64,000 nucleotides of DNA from the human T2T-CHM13v2.0 reference genome, Homo sapiens. The position numbers were made by a program, and so were the translations under genes. The stretch is taken from NCBI RefSeq assembly GCF_009914755.1, contig NC_060926.1, one strand, 5' to 3'. The notes beneath the pieces are model-generated. The model was not told the DNA's origin. It ran no database searches and worked only from the letters and a program-made list of their open reading frames with translations. Positions 30,132-45,124 of this stretch are shown piece by piece (the first letter of the stretch is position 1; every line of letters begins with the position of its first letter).

Positions 30132-33100
30132 AAGACTCTGGGAGATTTTTAAAAGTCAAAAAGGCATATAGCCACTAACTAATAGAACCTTTGTTAAATC
30201 TATATTTCTTATAATTCTGGGGTTAGAGGTTAAGAAGAGATGAACACACATACATCAACTCCTTCTTACTTAGCTCCCATTAGCCTTCTCCACAGTACAG
30301 AAAAAATAAACGTCAAATTTGGTCTTGAATGGCAATTAAAAACAAACATTTTGCAATGCTGGGCAAATAGTGATTTCTAAAGGAAAAATAAATGTGGTTT
30401 TTGAGACTGGCAATACTGTGAAAGCAAATTAAGCTAGGTAAATACTTTTCTATTAGAGTTGCCAAATTCTTATGTATATGCAGGCACATATGCATATTAT
30501 ATGTAATATATATGCATATGTGTAAATTATATGCATTTATATCCTCAAGTAATTTATATTCTGCTTAATCCCAAAATAAAAGTGCTATTACGTGTTAAAA
30601 AATCTACATTGAAAACATTATAAATTATTTTTAAAGCCTACATTAAAACATACATGTATATTTAATACTTCTCCTTGCACAGTCTAAATAAGAAAGCTTT
30701 ATTTTTCACCCAAATTAACTTTAGATGCTAAACTCTAAAACTGTAATTAAAATAAAAAACTTGAAATATTATTTTTTGGTGTATTCTCATACATGAAGAA
30801 CTGATCATAAAAGTAGGCATGTAAATCTCAGTTGTTGCCAAATGGTCTGAAGGTAATGATGTGTGTACGTGTATGAGAGAGAGAAATTTTCCAGTAATCA
30901 AGAATTGAAAAACTCAAGATTTGTAAATGAACTTCCCAATTATAACTGGTACTCAGAAGGTAACAAGCAGGACAAGATACTGAGTATGTAGGTCTGGTAC
31001 AACATGCTCTGAAATGCAGAGGATTTTAATCAGGCCTGGGATATATTTTCTATTAAAAGTATGCCTTCAGTAAAGCTTACTTATTCAGTGTTTCTTCCTT
31101 TACTTACTGATATTTAGTACATAGGATTAGATATAATTTCCTTTTGACACATATCTCTGCCCTAGAACTAGACTATTTTGCATTTGTCCTGTTCTTTAGA
31201 AAATCTAATTGCTTAAGAAGATCACAATGGAAAAAAAAAAACAGGTATATAAAACTAGTCATTTGGAAATACATGTAATAGAGAGAAAAAGTTTTTTAAA
31301 GAAGAGAATACATGTCTTGCTGATCACATTTATAATAGCAAATGTACACATTCAAATTCCCTCGCATTTTAAAAGTTTAAAGTCTATTATTTCAACAATT
31401 TGAAAGATGCACTAACTCTTTATTTGTAGGTGTTGAAAGAATAAGTGCACTGAAATAAAAGAAAGCAGATCATGCATTTACACTGATACTAAACCTAATT
31501 CTTATAAATATAAAACCATTAGTAACTTGCTCATTTCTTCATCTATTTTTGAATATACTAAATGATTTCTGTATACTAATTGTATAATGCTGCAATATAT
31601 TAATGTTTCATATACTATTTTATTTGCCAACAGAATACTTGAAGTGCAGAGAACCATCTCTGGGCTTGGCATTCTGGGGCTGTAGCCTCCACTGTGGTAT
31701 GAATGAGTGTTTGTCCACATCATACCCAGTCTATGGAAGATGACCCTTCTTATTCTTTGATTGTCGTAGGATCATTTTCACCTTAAGTCTCCAGCACAAA
31801 TGCACTTATTGTTAAGAGCTACTTACATATATTAGTTGACTCTTTAGTAATCAGCTAATATGTCAAGTGCAAGAAAGAAGCATCTTTGTGAAGGTACTGG
31901 AGAGACAGAGGCAGTGAAGAAGCAAAGTAGGCAAAGCATCTGAACGGTACTAGGGTGTGCTCAGCAAGAGCCTGCCTGGTCTACAGGGGAGTGAGTATCT
32001 CCATCATAATTATTAATTAAACTTTGCATGCAGATTCTTCTTCTTAGCAATATTTTAGAACTTTGTCTTGGACTGAATTTTAGTCTGCTCATATGTAAAG
32101 CAAAACTCCACTAGACTGGGCAAGGACTAACTGCTGAGCTGGGGTGGGGAGCTATGTTATGGTTTTTAAGAGCCAGACCCAGAGACGGTGTCAAAAACCC
32201 AAAGTCATTCAGTAGATCCCAGGAGATCCATGTCTTGGGAATAAGACTAAACTGGCCCTCAAAAAGAGGGTACCTTCCCTAACAGACCTAAAATACAAGA
32301 TTCAAAGGATTAAACTGATCCGCAAGTAACTTGAAAACAAACGTCAAAACCCTTTAAAAGAAGAGAATACAATTGAAACATAAAACCATGCAATATTCAA
32401 AATCTCAAGAAGACAAAAATAATTCAAAAGCTTTGGGGAAAAAAGTGAAAACTGACCCATAAACTGAAGAGAAATCCAAGTGTATAACTAAAAGAAAAAT
32501 CCAAATGCAGAAATAAAACCAAATGCTTAAATAAAAGAAATGATGAAATTAGCAGTCAATTACTTTAAAATAGATGCTGTAAGTGACTTCATGGTTCTTT
32601 TTTAATAAACGTAATGAGGGAAAAAGAAAGATAATAGAAATTAATGGTACCTATAGGGCTGAAAAATGTAATAATTAGAGATGCAAAATACACCAAATTA
32701 AATAAACTGCAAAATAGACATTGCAGAAGAAAGAAACTGGGGACTTGAAAACATAAACGTAGCAATGGAAATTAGCTAACCTGAAGAAAAAGGATAAAAA
32801 AAGACTGAGATTAAAAAAAAAAAGAACAAAACCTCAGTGACCAGTGGAATAATATCAAGATGTCTAAAATGCATTTAATTGGCATGAAAAATGAAGAAAA
32901 GCAAGAGAGGAAGGGCTAAAAAGGTTGAAACAAACAATGGCCACCAGTTTTCCAAATTTCATGAAAATTCTAAACATACAGATCTGAGAAGTACAACAAA
33001 CTCCAGCAAGATATAAACAATTAAAACCTTAAGAAGGTATATCATGATCAGATTGTTAATAAACACTCATAAAGAGACAATACTTAAAATGCATATGCAG

Positions 33101-33720
33101 TATAAAAAGAAAAGCATGATATAGATTTTCTGTAAGGAGAGAAGTATAAGGATGACATATTTATCATTAGGAGCAAGGAAAGGCATACGAAATTTAAACA
33201 CCAACTTTTAAAGTGTTAAAACAAGGACTGCCAACTTAGAATTCTTTATCAAGTGATATCTTTCAAATATTAAAGGTAAAATATATTTTCTTCAGGGCTG
33301 CCAAAGTTGAGGTAATCTTTTACCAGCAAATTTACACTTCAGAAAATATTAAAGAAAGATTTTTTAGGCTAAAAAAAATAGACACTTGGGGGAATTGCAG
33401 ATCAACATTACAAGAATGAAAGCCACATAAACAAGAAAATGTGGGTATAAATATGAAAGCAAAAATTTAAAAAATATATAAAAACTTCTTTAGTTTTTAA
33501 TTAAAAATAACCTCCAAACACAAAAACTAACCACTTGAATTTTTGAGTTGATAACCTATATACAATTAAAACATTTGAAAACGACAGCACAGATTTTGAG
33601 AGGAGGGTAATGGAAATTATTGTTAAAAGCTTCTTGACTTTTACATGAAGTGGTATAATAAAATTTTAAAGTAGATTATAATAAGTTCATTGTATATTTG
33701 TAAATTTTAAATCAATGACT

Positions 33721-33722
<2 letters not shown>

Positions 33723-33752
<30 letters not shown>
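33723..33752. repeat. (CA)n microsatellite
   Basis: Uninterrupted run of ac repeats. Confidence 0.95.
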
Positions 33753-33755
<3 letters not shown>

Positions 33756-36700
33756 AACACAAAGAGTTTTATCTATTAACCAACCAATCAAGTAAAATGG
33801 AAAGCAAACAACCAAACACCCTGAGTAAAGTTTATTTAAAATAATGCTTAAGAATAAGAGAAAAGAAACAATGAACAAAGGGGATACATAGATAATACAT
33901 ATAATTTAAGCCTGGGACTTAAATCCAAATATATCAAATTATATTAATTATAAATATCTAAACATTCTAAATCTAAGGCAGAGATTGTCAGACTGGATAA
34001 AAAAGAATGACTCAACTATGTGAACTCTACAAGAAAAACTCTCTTTAAATATAAATATTTAGGTAAGTTGAAAGTTAAATGATTAAATTTTAAAAAATGG
34101 ACCTTACAGAAAGATGATTTTACCAAGATTAAACAAATAAATTTCAGAAGAAGAACTATCTCCAAGGATAACAATGGGTAATTCATAATGTAAAGTGATC
34201 AACAAATAAGAAACTCACTGAAATTCAAAATGTATGCAACTAATAACAGAGATACAAAATGCATAAAACAAAATCTCATAGAATTAAAAAAGCAAAGAGA
34301 AAAAATTCACAATTATAGTTAAAGATTCAATACACTTTTATCAGTAATTTATAAAAGAAGAAAATCATTAAGGATACAAATACAAAACACTATGACTAAC
34401 AAACACTGTCAACCAGCTTGACTTAATATTTGCAGCACACTAAAAGCCAAAAAGAAAGAATACCTTTTTTATGATATACATGGAAGACTCACTAAGACTG
34501 ACTTTATACTAGGTCTGAAAATATTTCTTTCTAAACATAGAAAACATAGAATCATAAAGAGTGTAAATACGCTGATGATAATAGAAAATATATTAAAAAT
34601 CAATAACAAGCACATCTGGAAAAAAATCCCCAAATATTTAAAAATTAAGTATATACTTCTAAGCTATCCATGGAACAAAAAGATATATTTTAAAAATTAG
34701 AAAATATTTTGAATTAAATTATGTTAAAAATAATACGTAATATTTTGGGGATGCAGCAAATTCAGTTCCTAAAAGAAAAATATAAATAACTTCCAATAGA
34801 AGAGGCTCAAATCAGTGGTATAACGTTCCACTTTAAGAAGTTAGAAGAGTATATTTATTACAAATTAAGTTAAAGAAAGAAAATAATAGTGATAAGGCAG
34901 AAATCAATGAAATGGCAAAGGGATAACAAATTGAAAAATACATAAAATCAATAGTTGTCTCATGGAAATATTAATAAAATTATAAAACTCCAGCTATGTT
35001 AGCCAAAAAAGGAGAGAAAATACAAATTATTAATAGCAGAAGTGACAGAGGGGTTATCACTATGTAAGCATAAAAACATAAAAAGGATATGAAATAAAAG
35101 TTATAAACATTATGCCAAGTTTCTTGAAAGCTGTATATTAACAAAACTAACAGAAGACATACAAAATTACAGTGTTTGTATATCTATTAAATAAATTGAA
35201 TTTGTAATTAAAGCCTCCCCATCAAGAAAACTTTAGGCCCAAATGTTTCTACTGATGAGTTCTGTCAAAAATTTAAGGGAGAAATTATACCAAACCTACA
35301 CAATTCTCTTTCAGAAAACAGAAGTATGACTACTTTACAACTTACTTAGTGATGCCATTATTGCACTAATATTATAAGATATATTACAAGAAAATGAAAG
35401 AAACTTCAGATCAATATTCCTCATAAACATACTTGCAAAAATCCATAACAAAATATTAACAAATTAAACACAACAATATATAACAATTATAATACACTAT
35501 GACCAAGTAGATTTTTTTCTCAGCAATGCAAAGTTGATTTAACATTATACTAACGTCTCTACAGGCAGAAAAATCACTTGACAAAAATTTCACACTTAGC
35601 ACAAAGTATTGGGTTGTCAATTCAGACTCATATTGATCAGAAATCTAATCCAGTATCAAGCTTAATTAATAACTTGAAGAATATGAACAATCAAAGCAGG
35701 AGTAATACCGAAACATGGAGTATAGTTTCACAGATCCTATTTTTTCTTTTCTGATATGTGATGTCAGGACTGAGTTGATGGAGTCTCTCTGGAGCATTTT
35801 ATTTTTACTTAGGGGGCAAATATTTCTTAGGTAAAATATGGAAAACATGAATCAAGAAAGAAAAAAATAGATAAATTGGACTTTATCAAAACTGTTTAAA
35901 TTCTTATTATTCAAAGATTATTTCCTCACTGGATAGAGACAGTTTTTCTTAGGAAACTTTTTTTTTGTACATTTCTATTTTGTACCTCAGAGTTCTGCAT
36001 AGGTTACAGAACATCCTTCAGGGACAGGTGCCTCATAACAATGCCATTGATTTTTGGGTGTGTCTATCATAAGCAGATCTAAGCCAGCGTCATTCTGTGA
36101 AGAGCGTTCCACAGACTCTCCTCTAAGCTGATATCATTAATCTATTTATGCGAAGGTCCAGTTATTGCAGGGCGAATATTGGGTTGAGTCTCCTGTCTTC
36201 TGTGATTTCTTCAAGTTGGTCCTACAAGGAATCAGGGAAAAAATAGATCACAGCACAGCTGATGTTTACCTTTGCTCTCTCTAAACCATCATCCATGATA
36301 AAAACTCTCAAGAAACCCTGAGTATAAGAAAATGTCTTCAGGCTGTGGAGGGATATCCATGAAAAACTTTCAGATGCCAACATACGTGATGATGAAAGGC
36401 TGAATCCTTTACTCTTAAGGTCAGGAACAAAGCTAGCCTGGTCTTTCTCACCACTCCTGGTTGACATGTCACTGGAGGTCCTCACCAGAGAAATTGGTCA
36501 AGTGAAAGAAATAAAGGGCACATTGATTGGAGAGAAAAAGTAAAACTTTCTATTTCACAGTCAGTACGATGATTACTTTTTTTTTTCAACTCTTAGCTAA
36601 TCCCTACAAAAAACTCCTGGAACTAATAAATGATTTTAACAAGGTTTCAGAATATTAATATCAATATAAAAGATCAAGTGTATTTTTACGTACTAACAGT

Positions 36701-37213
36701 AAACAGAACTTGAAATAAAATATAATACTTGGCATAGTGTCAGAAAAAATATACATTCAGAGGATATTTACAAAAATTCATACAAAAGCTTTAAAGGAAA
36801 ATTGGAAATTATTGCTACAATTTTAAGATGACCAAAAAATTAACTTTGGCCCTTTCCTCACACATAAAAGTAAAGCATAGTGGGTCTTAAACCTAAATGT
36901 GAAAGCGAAAATCTTTATAACTTCTAGAAGCAAACAGAAGAAGAGCTTTTTATTTTTACTCAGAGGGAACAAATATTTCACAGGTAAAATATGAAAAACA
37001 TTAATCAAGAAAGAAAAAATAGATTGGCCTTTATCAGAAATGTCTGAATACTTGAAATTCAAAAAAATCATGTAAAAATAAAAATGCAAGCCACAGAATG
37101 GGAAAAAAGTATTCACAATACATATACTTGACAAAGAACTCACAGCCAGAATATAAAGAACCCTTACAACAGAATAAGAAGACAAGCAATCCAACTTAAA
37201 AATCGGCAAAAGA

Positions 37214-37564
<351 letters not shown>

Positions 37565-37973
37565 TCAGCCTAATTAGTTAGCAAATAAATGAAAGAAATC
37601 ACCACATTGAGATTCCACTCACTACCCACCATAGAAGGACTAAACTTGAAAAACCTGGCAACACAAGTGTCAGTTCAAAACTCTCATTGATTGCTGGTGA
37701 CAGTGTTAAATGGTGTAACTACTGTGGAAAACACTGTGCCAGTGTCTTCTAAAGAAAACTGTACACTTTCTATAAGATGCTGCAATTTCACTTCTAGATA
37801 TTTACCCAGAAAAATTGAAAATGCTCCTTTCACGAAGACTTCACATGGATGTTCCTAGTAACTTTATTCATAATAACAAAAGTAGAAATAATCCAAATGC
37901 CCATCACCAGATGAATGAATAAATGAATTGTGGTCTATCTACAAAATGCAATATTAAGCAATAAGAAGAAACA

Positions 37974-38267
<294 letters not shown>

Positions 38268-41139
38268 CCGCACCGTTGGCACAGGCAACACCATTCATGA
38301 GTCTCAAAAGCAGTATTCTGTGCAAAAGGGGTCAGACACAAAAGAGTAATGAAATAATTTTATTCATAGGAAATTTCCAACTTCACATGGTAATCTGCAA
38401 TGGCAGAAAGCATTTCTCCTGGGTCTTGAATGATTAGGACTTCAGTGGAATCGGAGGCTTGCTAGGGTAGAAAAATTAACATGAGCACAGTAGATTCCAG
38501 ATTCACTTGAGAATATTTCTTGTGACTTTGACTGTGTGCAATACCGCAGTTCATAAAAAATAAGCTGGAAAGAGAATTCTGGATGAGTTGAAAGAGGATC
38601 TTGAATTTAACAATGGCACATGTATTTATTCTTGAAGTGATTGGCATTATCGGTTTTAGAAGAAGGGAAACACTGTGGACCTTTGCAACCAATTTTTTTA
38701 TATTCACAAGGACATTTTTGTATTATAACTCATATGAGCAATCCATTTCCATCCTAATGTTTTTTGTATTTAACCAATAACAAATATGTCCATTAATGTC
38801 TTTTAGAACACCTAAATTGTGCTGCTAAAGTATCACAGAATAAAACTATAGGAGGGTTTTCAGGAATGTGTGTAACACAAACATTCATTGATGCTAAATA
38901 TAAAGTAAAAGATAGGTTCCACACCTGATCCAGGCTGGTAAGCTAAGATGAAATCAATTGCTTGAGTGAATTTGTGTTAATAATCATATACCTTTTATAT
39001 TAAAGGGTGTTTGATTAAATGACAGTCATGATATTCTTTCCCATGAATTAATGTAAACACTAACTCAGCACATTCTATATGCCAAATACTATACTTGGCT
39101 CTATTTTATAAGACTTGACTTTAACTGCTTCATGGAAATAATGTTTAAATTTCTCAGGAGATATTACTGTTCTTTTCTGAGATAAAATGTACTCTCTGGG
39201 ACATGTTCAGTATATGAAAATTACTTAAATATTCATTAATTTCCTTGTGTCTACCATATCGTAGAAGATGACTTAAACCTCAGGATGATAATGTTGAAAA
39301 TTTTTTCAGACTAGGAATGTGCATTATCAAAAGGATAAAATAAACAGAGTACGCAACATAATCTATTTTTGGAAGTGTAGCAATGGAAAACTCAATTCTT
39401 CCCACAACTTTCCACCAAAGATTATAAATATGATTCTCTTTCCTCTTTAAATCAGCAAGGAAGCGCTCTGTCACCATGGCTATTCTCTCTCTATTCCATT
39501 TAGATGTCATTCAATTATAAATAGAGAAAGTAAAAATACACAAAAAGAGTTGTTCAACAGTGATTTTAACTCTACATTTATTGGTAAGTATAATCGCATG
39601 CACATATAAATATAAATTTAGAAACATCTCTGCCAGCGTAACCTAAATACATATTAAAGCATCTCATTTCTACATTGTCAACATAGTAATACAGCTTATT
39701 AAAAGGTTTTAAACCTTACTGATCTTTCTTGGAAACAAATATGAAGCAAACATTATATTATTAAACTCATTAATTCCAAAAATCATCCTGTCTATATGGA
39801 CTGCTGCCCTGGAATTCTCCAGCTATTGCCCCTAGGAAACATATTTGCATAACAAGGTGACACTTAGGAATCCACCACATATATTAGCAGTATTAGTGCA
39901 ACCAGAAACGTAGCAGCCATTATCTCAGGGTTGGTACATTTTCTGTTGTTGTTGTTCATTCCATGTAATTTCTCTCTACAGTGTAATAGAAAAACTCAGT
40001 ATTTCAATGAACCTGATCTTCTTGACAAATTAACTCCTTTCTTTATCAAATAGTGCTTACTCAGTAGTTAAATTATAGGGAATTCAGTCTCTAACTAGCA
40101 GAAAAATAAACCCTGAGAGGATAATTCAAGTTTGATGTTCTCATTGGCTTCACTGCAATTTCTGAGAAGACCTACTCACCCACTGAGGCACTGCATAAAA
40201 ATGAGTGCCCAGTGAGGGCAGTAAGAACCGCACACGCTGAAGACTGGCAGGAAGAGCCTCATATTCCTTATGCGAGATATCCCCTTCTTTCTCCATGGAG
40301 TTCATTAAAATGCTGCCTTCTCCAAATTGTGGCTCATACTTGACCTATCTCTCCTGGTCAAGACTCAACCATCTGGAGTAGCTCATCTATCTCCCTTTAG
40401 CTCCTTCTTCCTTTACTCTATTTTCCTCTCTTTGGTTATTTTCTACTTAAAACATCATTTTCATTTCTCACTTTGCTGTTGAAATCACTAACTTCAAGTA
40501 CCAAATTGTCTGTAATGTTAGATCTGGCCAATGTAAACAACCCAAAACCCCAGGCTTACTAATTCAGTTCTTAGAAACCACTCCAATTCATCTTCTTCTG
40601 GACCAAAGTGCTTCCTCAAACCATTTAAATCTATTTTTAGTTCCACAGTAAGCTTTCACATTTAGTTTACGTTATTAAATCATATTTGATATTTTAAGAA
40701 TGTATTAATGTTTTATGTCACACAGTTCAAATTTCTACTAAATAATCAGTCACTCAATATCAAGAAATATAGCCTCAATAAATGATCTGATCCTCTGGTT
40801 TTTGAGTCTAAGTTTTACTGGCTATTAAAGAGATTGGCTTGCTTTTAAGTAAGTCAGGCAGTCACCCGAATGGGCTTCGTGTTTAGACATGTAAAAGTGA
40901 TGACTCAGTGGATGCCCCATTGCTTCTGGTAATTTAGGAAATTGCTAAAATATAAGTCACCCTCTGGTAAAGTCACACAGTACTCATTTGTACTCCATTA
41001 TCAGTCATCTAAGGAAGTATCTGTGATCTCCAAAATAAAGAATATAGGAAAATATTGTTCATGGCTGCTTAGTTATGGATAATTTTTGTTGTTCTCCATG
41101 CCAACATAGTGAGACAAAATATTATACATATATAAAATC

Positions 41140-41142
<3 letters not shown>

Positions 41143-41189
<47 letters not shown>
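41143..41189. repeat. (TA)n microsatellite
   Basis: Perfect AT dinucleotide run of ~46 bp. Confidence 0.95.
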
Positions 41190-41194
<5 letters not shown>

Positions 41195-41370
41195 AGATTG
41201 GGTCTGGATCTGCCAACCTTTGTAAATAGCTTTATCAAACAGAGTTCAATGCAGGAATCAGACACACACTGGATATTCTTAGCAAAAAAAAAAAAAAAGT
41301 TTTTTTAAACATAACTGAGTAGACTTGAGCAATTGAAATTAAAAAGACATCAGTTGAATGATTACTTTTG

Positions 41371-41436
41371 CAAGGGTGTCCAATCTTTTGGCTTCCCTAG
41401 GCCACACTGGAAAAAGAATTGTCTTGGGCCACATAA
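41371..41436. mobile_element. MER30 terminal fragment (truncated)
   Basis: caagggtgtccaatcttttggcttccctaggccacactggaaaaagaattgtcttgggccacataa matches the MER30 start; the rest is absent. Confidence 0.8.
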
Positions 41437-41779
41437 GAGATGATCTAAGAACAATTATCTTCATTTTAAAGATTTAGGGACTTAGAAGAATGATAAAATT
41501 TTGAGTTGTAAAGTAGCTGAGCAAACTAAAGGCCATTCTAAGTTCAATGTTGTTTTCACATTAATGATCTTCTGATAGAGTTGTCATTGCTAGTGCATAT
41601 CCACTGCTCCATTTGTGTAACCCCAGGAATTTGTCAGAACAAACAAGAACTATTGGAAGTAAGAATGGCATAGTCATCAGGTTTCATTAAAAGAGCACAG
41701 TTATGGTTGTGCAAGTTCACTCGGTATCCTCCTTATGTTCTTCATTCTGGTAACAATCTTCAGCTTCTGGGCCACAGGG
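41437..41779 (+). repeat. Direct copy of 50104-50447 (~345 bp)
   Basis: Colinear throughout, e.g. cattttaaagatttagggacttag, aaagtagctgagcaaactaaa, cattgctagtgcatatcc, ctggtaacaatc, ggccacaggg; roughly 85% identity by eye. Confidence 0.92.
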
Positions 41780-43025
41780 CTGGCTAGCTACATGCAGAAA
41801 ACTGAGAATGGACCCCTTCCTTCCACCTGATACAAAAATTAACTCAAGATGGATTAAAGACTTAAATGTAAAACCCAAAAACATAAAAATCCTAGAAGAA
41901 AACCTAGGCAATACCATTCAGGACATAGGCATGGGCAAAGACTTTATGACAAAAATGCCAAAAGCAATTGTAACAAAAGTGAAAATTGACAAATGGGATC
42001 TAATTAAACTAAAGAGCTTCTGCATAACAAAAGAAACTGTCATCAGAGTGAACAGGCAACTTACAGAACGGGAGAAAATTTTTGCAATCTCCCCATCTGA
42101 CAAAGGTCTAATATCCAAAATCTACAAGGAACTTAAACAAATTTACAAGAAAAAAAAGTAACCCCATCACAAAATGGGCAAAGGATATGAATGGATATGA
42201 ACAGACACTTATCAAAAGAAGACATTTACATGGCCAACAAATGTGAAAAAAAGCACAACATTACTGATCATTAGAGAAATGCAAATCAAAACCACACTGA
42301 GATGCCATTTCACAGTAGCCAGAATGGCGATTATTAAAAAGTCAAGAAACAATAGATGCTGGCAAAGATGTGGAGAAATAGGAATGCTTTTACACTGTTG
42401 GTGGAAATGTAAATTAGCTCAACCATTGTGGAAGACAGTGTGGTGATTCCTCAAGGATCTAGAACCAGAAATACCATTTGACCCAGCAATCTTATTACTG
42501 GGTCAAATTTATATAACCAAAAGTATGTAAATCATTCTACTATAAAGACACATGGACACGTATGTTTATTGCAGCACTATTTACAATAGCAAAGACATGG
42601 GACCAACCCAAATGCCCATCAATGATAGACTGGATAAAGAAAATGTGGTATATACACCATGGAATACTATGCAGCCATAAAAAAGGAATGAGATTATGTC
42701 ATTTGCAAGGACATGGATGAAGCTGGAAGCCATCATCTTCAGCAAACTAACACAGGAACAGAAAACTAAACACCACATGTTCTCACTCATAAGTGGGAGT
42801 TGAACAATGAGAACACATGGACACAGGGGCAGGAACAACACAAATGGGCCAGTCGGGGGGTGGGAAGCGAGAAGAGGGAGAGCATTAGGACAAATAGCTA
42901 ATGCATGAAGGCCTTAAAACCTAGCAGATGTGTTGATAGGTGCAGCAAACCACCATGGCACACGTAGACATATGTAACAAATCTACACGTTCTGCACTTG
43001 TATCCTGGAACTTAATGTAAATTAA

Positions 43026-43053
<28 letters not shown>
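41780..43053 (+). mobile_element. L1PA8-like 5'-truncated L1 with (TAA)n tail
   Basis: ORF2 C-terminal fragment (ORF 41808-42161); 3' UTR gagagcattaggacaaatagctaatgcatg...ctgcacttgtatcctggaactt. Confidence 0.9.
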
Positions 43054-43058
<5 letters not shown>

Positions 43059-43410
43059 GAACTACCAGAGACTGGGCAATTTATAAAGAAAAGAGGTTTA
43101 ATTGACTTACAGTTCCACAGGCTGTACAAGAGGCATGGCTGGGGAGCCCATGTAAGTCAGGAAACTTACAATCATGGCAGGAGGATGAAGGAGAAGAAAG
43201 CAAATCTTCACATGGTGGTAGAAGAGACAGAGCAAAGGGGGAAGCGCCACACACTTTCAAACAACCGGATCTCCTGAGAACTCACTCACTATCAGGAGAA
43301 CAGCAAGGGAAAAATCTGACTCAATGATCCAATCACTTCCCACCAGGTCCCTCTCGCAACATTGGGGATTACAATTTCACGTGAGATTTGGGTGGGGACA
43401 GTGTCAAACA
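43054..43410 (-). mobile_element. MSTA/B MaLR LTR, missing its terminal ~25 bp at the L1 junction
   Basis: ataaagaactaccagagactgggcaatttataaagaaaagagg...gagatttgggtggggaca. Confidence 0.85.
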
Positions 43411-43483
43411 GTGTAGAGTCTATATTGCTACATTGTTTCACAAGCGTCGGCATACTGCACAGAACTATTAGAAAATGAGGTTC

Positions 43484-44330
43484 ATGGGAGGATTTCCTTT
43501 TTTTGAGGCTAATAATAAGTATCCCATTGTGTCTATATGCCACACTTTCCTTTTATTCATCCATTGATGAACGCTTAAGTTGATTTCATATCTTGGCTGT
43601 TGTTGAGTAATGGCACAATGAACATTGGATTGTAGATATTTCTTTGGCATATTGATTTTGTTTCCTTTGAATATATACCAAAAAGTGAGAATGCTGGATC
43701 ATATGGTAGTTTTATGCTTTTAATTTCTTGAGGGAGCCCCATACTGTTTCCCATAGTGGCTGTGCTAATTTACGTTCCAACCAAGAGTGTACATAGGTTC
43801 CCTTTACTTCACTTTCTTGCCAACACTTGTTATCTTCCATCTTTTTGGTAATAGCCATTCTAACAGGCATGAGTCACTTGCAGCGACATGATAATTCTTG
43901 AGGACATTATGTTAAATGAAGTAAGTCAGGCACAGAAGACAAATACTGCATGATGTCACTTATATGTGGTATCTAAGTCAAATTCACACCAGCAGAGGGT
44001 ACATGGTGGATACCTGAGGCTGGGGGCAGTGAAGAGCTGGAGTGGGGGGATATTGATCACAGAGTATAAAATCTTAGTAAGATAGGAGGAATAAGTTCAG
44101 AAGATCTATTGTACCACGTGGTGACTAGAGTTAATAACATTGTGTGATATACTTAAAAAATGCTAAGAGAGTGGATTTTATGTGTTTTCGCCACAAAATA
44201 AATGTATCTAAGAAAATAATGCACACAAGTTCCCTTGATGTAGACATTCCATAAGGTATACATGTGCTAAAGCATCATGTCACATATCACAATACTCAAT
44301 TTTTATTTGCTGATTAAAATTTTTAAAAAG
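43484..44330 (+). mobile_element. L1MA-type 3' end with 5' inversion
   Basis: Antisense segment 43484-43873 reads ...aaaggaaatcctcccat on the minus strand; the sense segment starts tcacttgcagcgacatg at 43874, the next position in the consensus. Confidence 0.8.
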
Positions 44331-45087
44331 TAGTTTTAAAAAGCCAGCTCAATATTTTTTTCTAGACAAACTGATTCCAAAAGTCTTTCCATGAAGCCAT
44401 AGTATGCACTGAGGGAGAGGTCCCAGTGTAGCAGAAGCAGGGCAGTAAGTCTGGAAATCACTGAGAAACCAGGATGACTCAAGTCTCCTCATCTATTTCA
44501 GTTCTAAAAGGTTGCATAGATTAAATACCCACACCAAAATCAAACAATTACATCTTTAGCCCTCTCTCCTTCATAATATCAGTTGGATTTTGTCTGAGGC
44601 AGCTGAGGATTTATTCTCTGAGACTTGCAGTTAACATTGTCATCACTGGAATTAGGGAAGCTATTTCAATAGCAATACTGTGAGTGTCTTAGGACCTACA
44701 GAGGATGAATACTATAGTGCTTCTGAGGGCACTGCTTTTCTACTCACGGATGTATTTCTTACTACCTCTGTGAAAGAAATGCTGCCTGTATCCTCTCAGG
44801 GCCATAGTTACTGGGTGCTTGCGGAATCTCACCTATTTCCTGAAAGCTTTGTGTTTATTACTCCACAATAAAGCAAGGATATCTGACATCTCAACCTTAC
44901 AAAAAAGTGTCACCTGAGAGTCTAGATTTCAACCAAAAAGTGAGAACATGTTTGAACTTGCATATTGAAACTCTTATCTCTAATAAAAACATCCTTGTTT
45001 ATAAATTGACCTAATCTGAAATCATGTTTCTTGTTCATTGGTATAGAACACTTGGAGCCCACTGGTATACCTATTCCCCAAGTTCTG

Positions 45088-45088
<1 letters not shown>

Positions 45089-45122
<34 letters not shown>
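45089..45122. repeat. (TG)n microsatellite
   Basis: Perfect tg run. Confidence 0.95.

Positions 45123-45124
<2 letters not shown>

Noticed and set aside
41808-42446. ORF2-like coding ORFs
   Set aside because: Fragments of a 5'-truncated L1.
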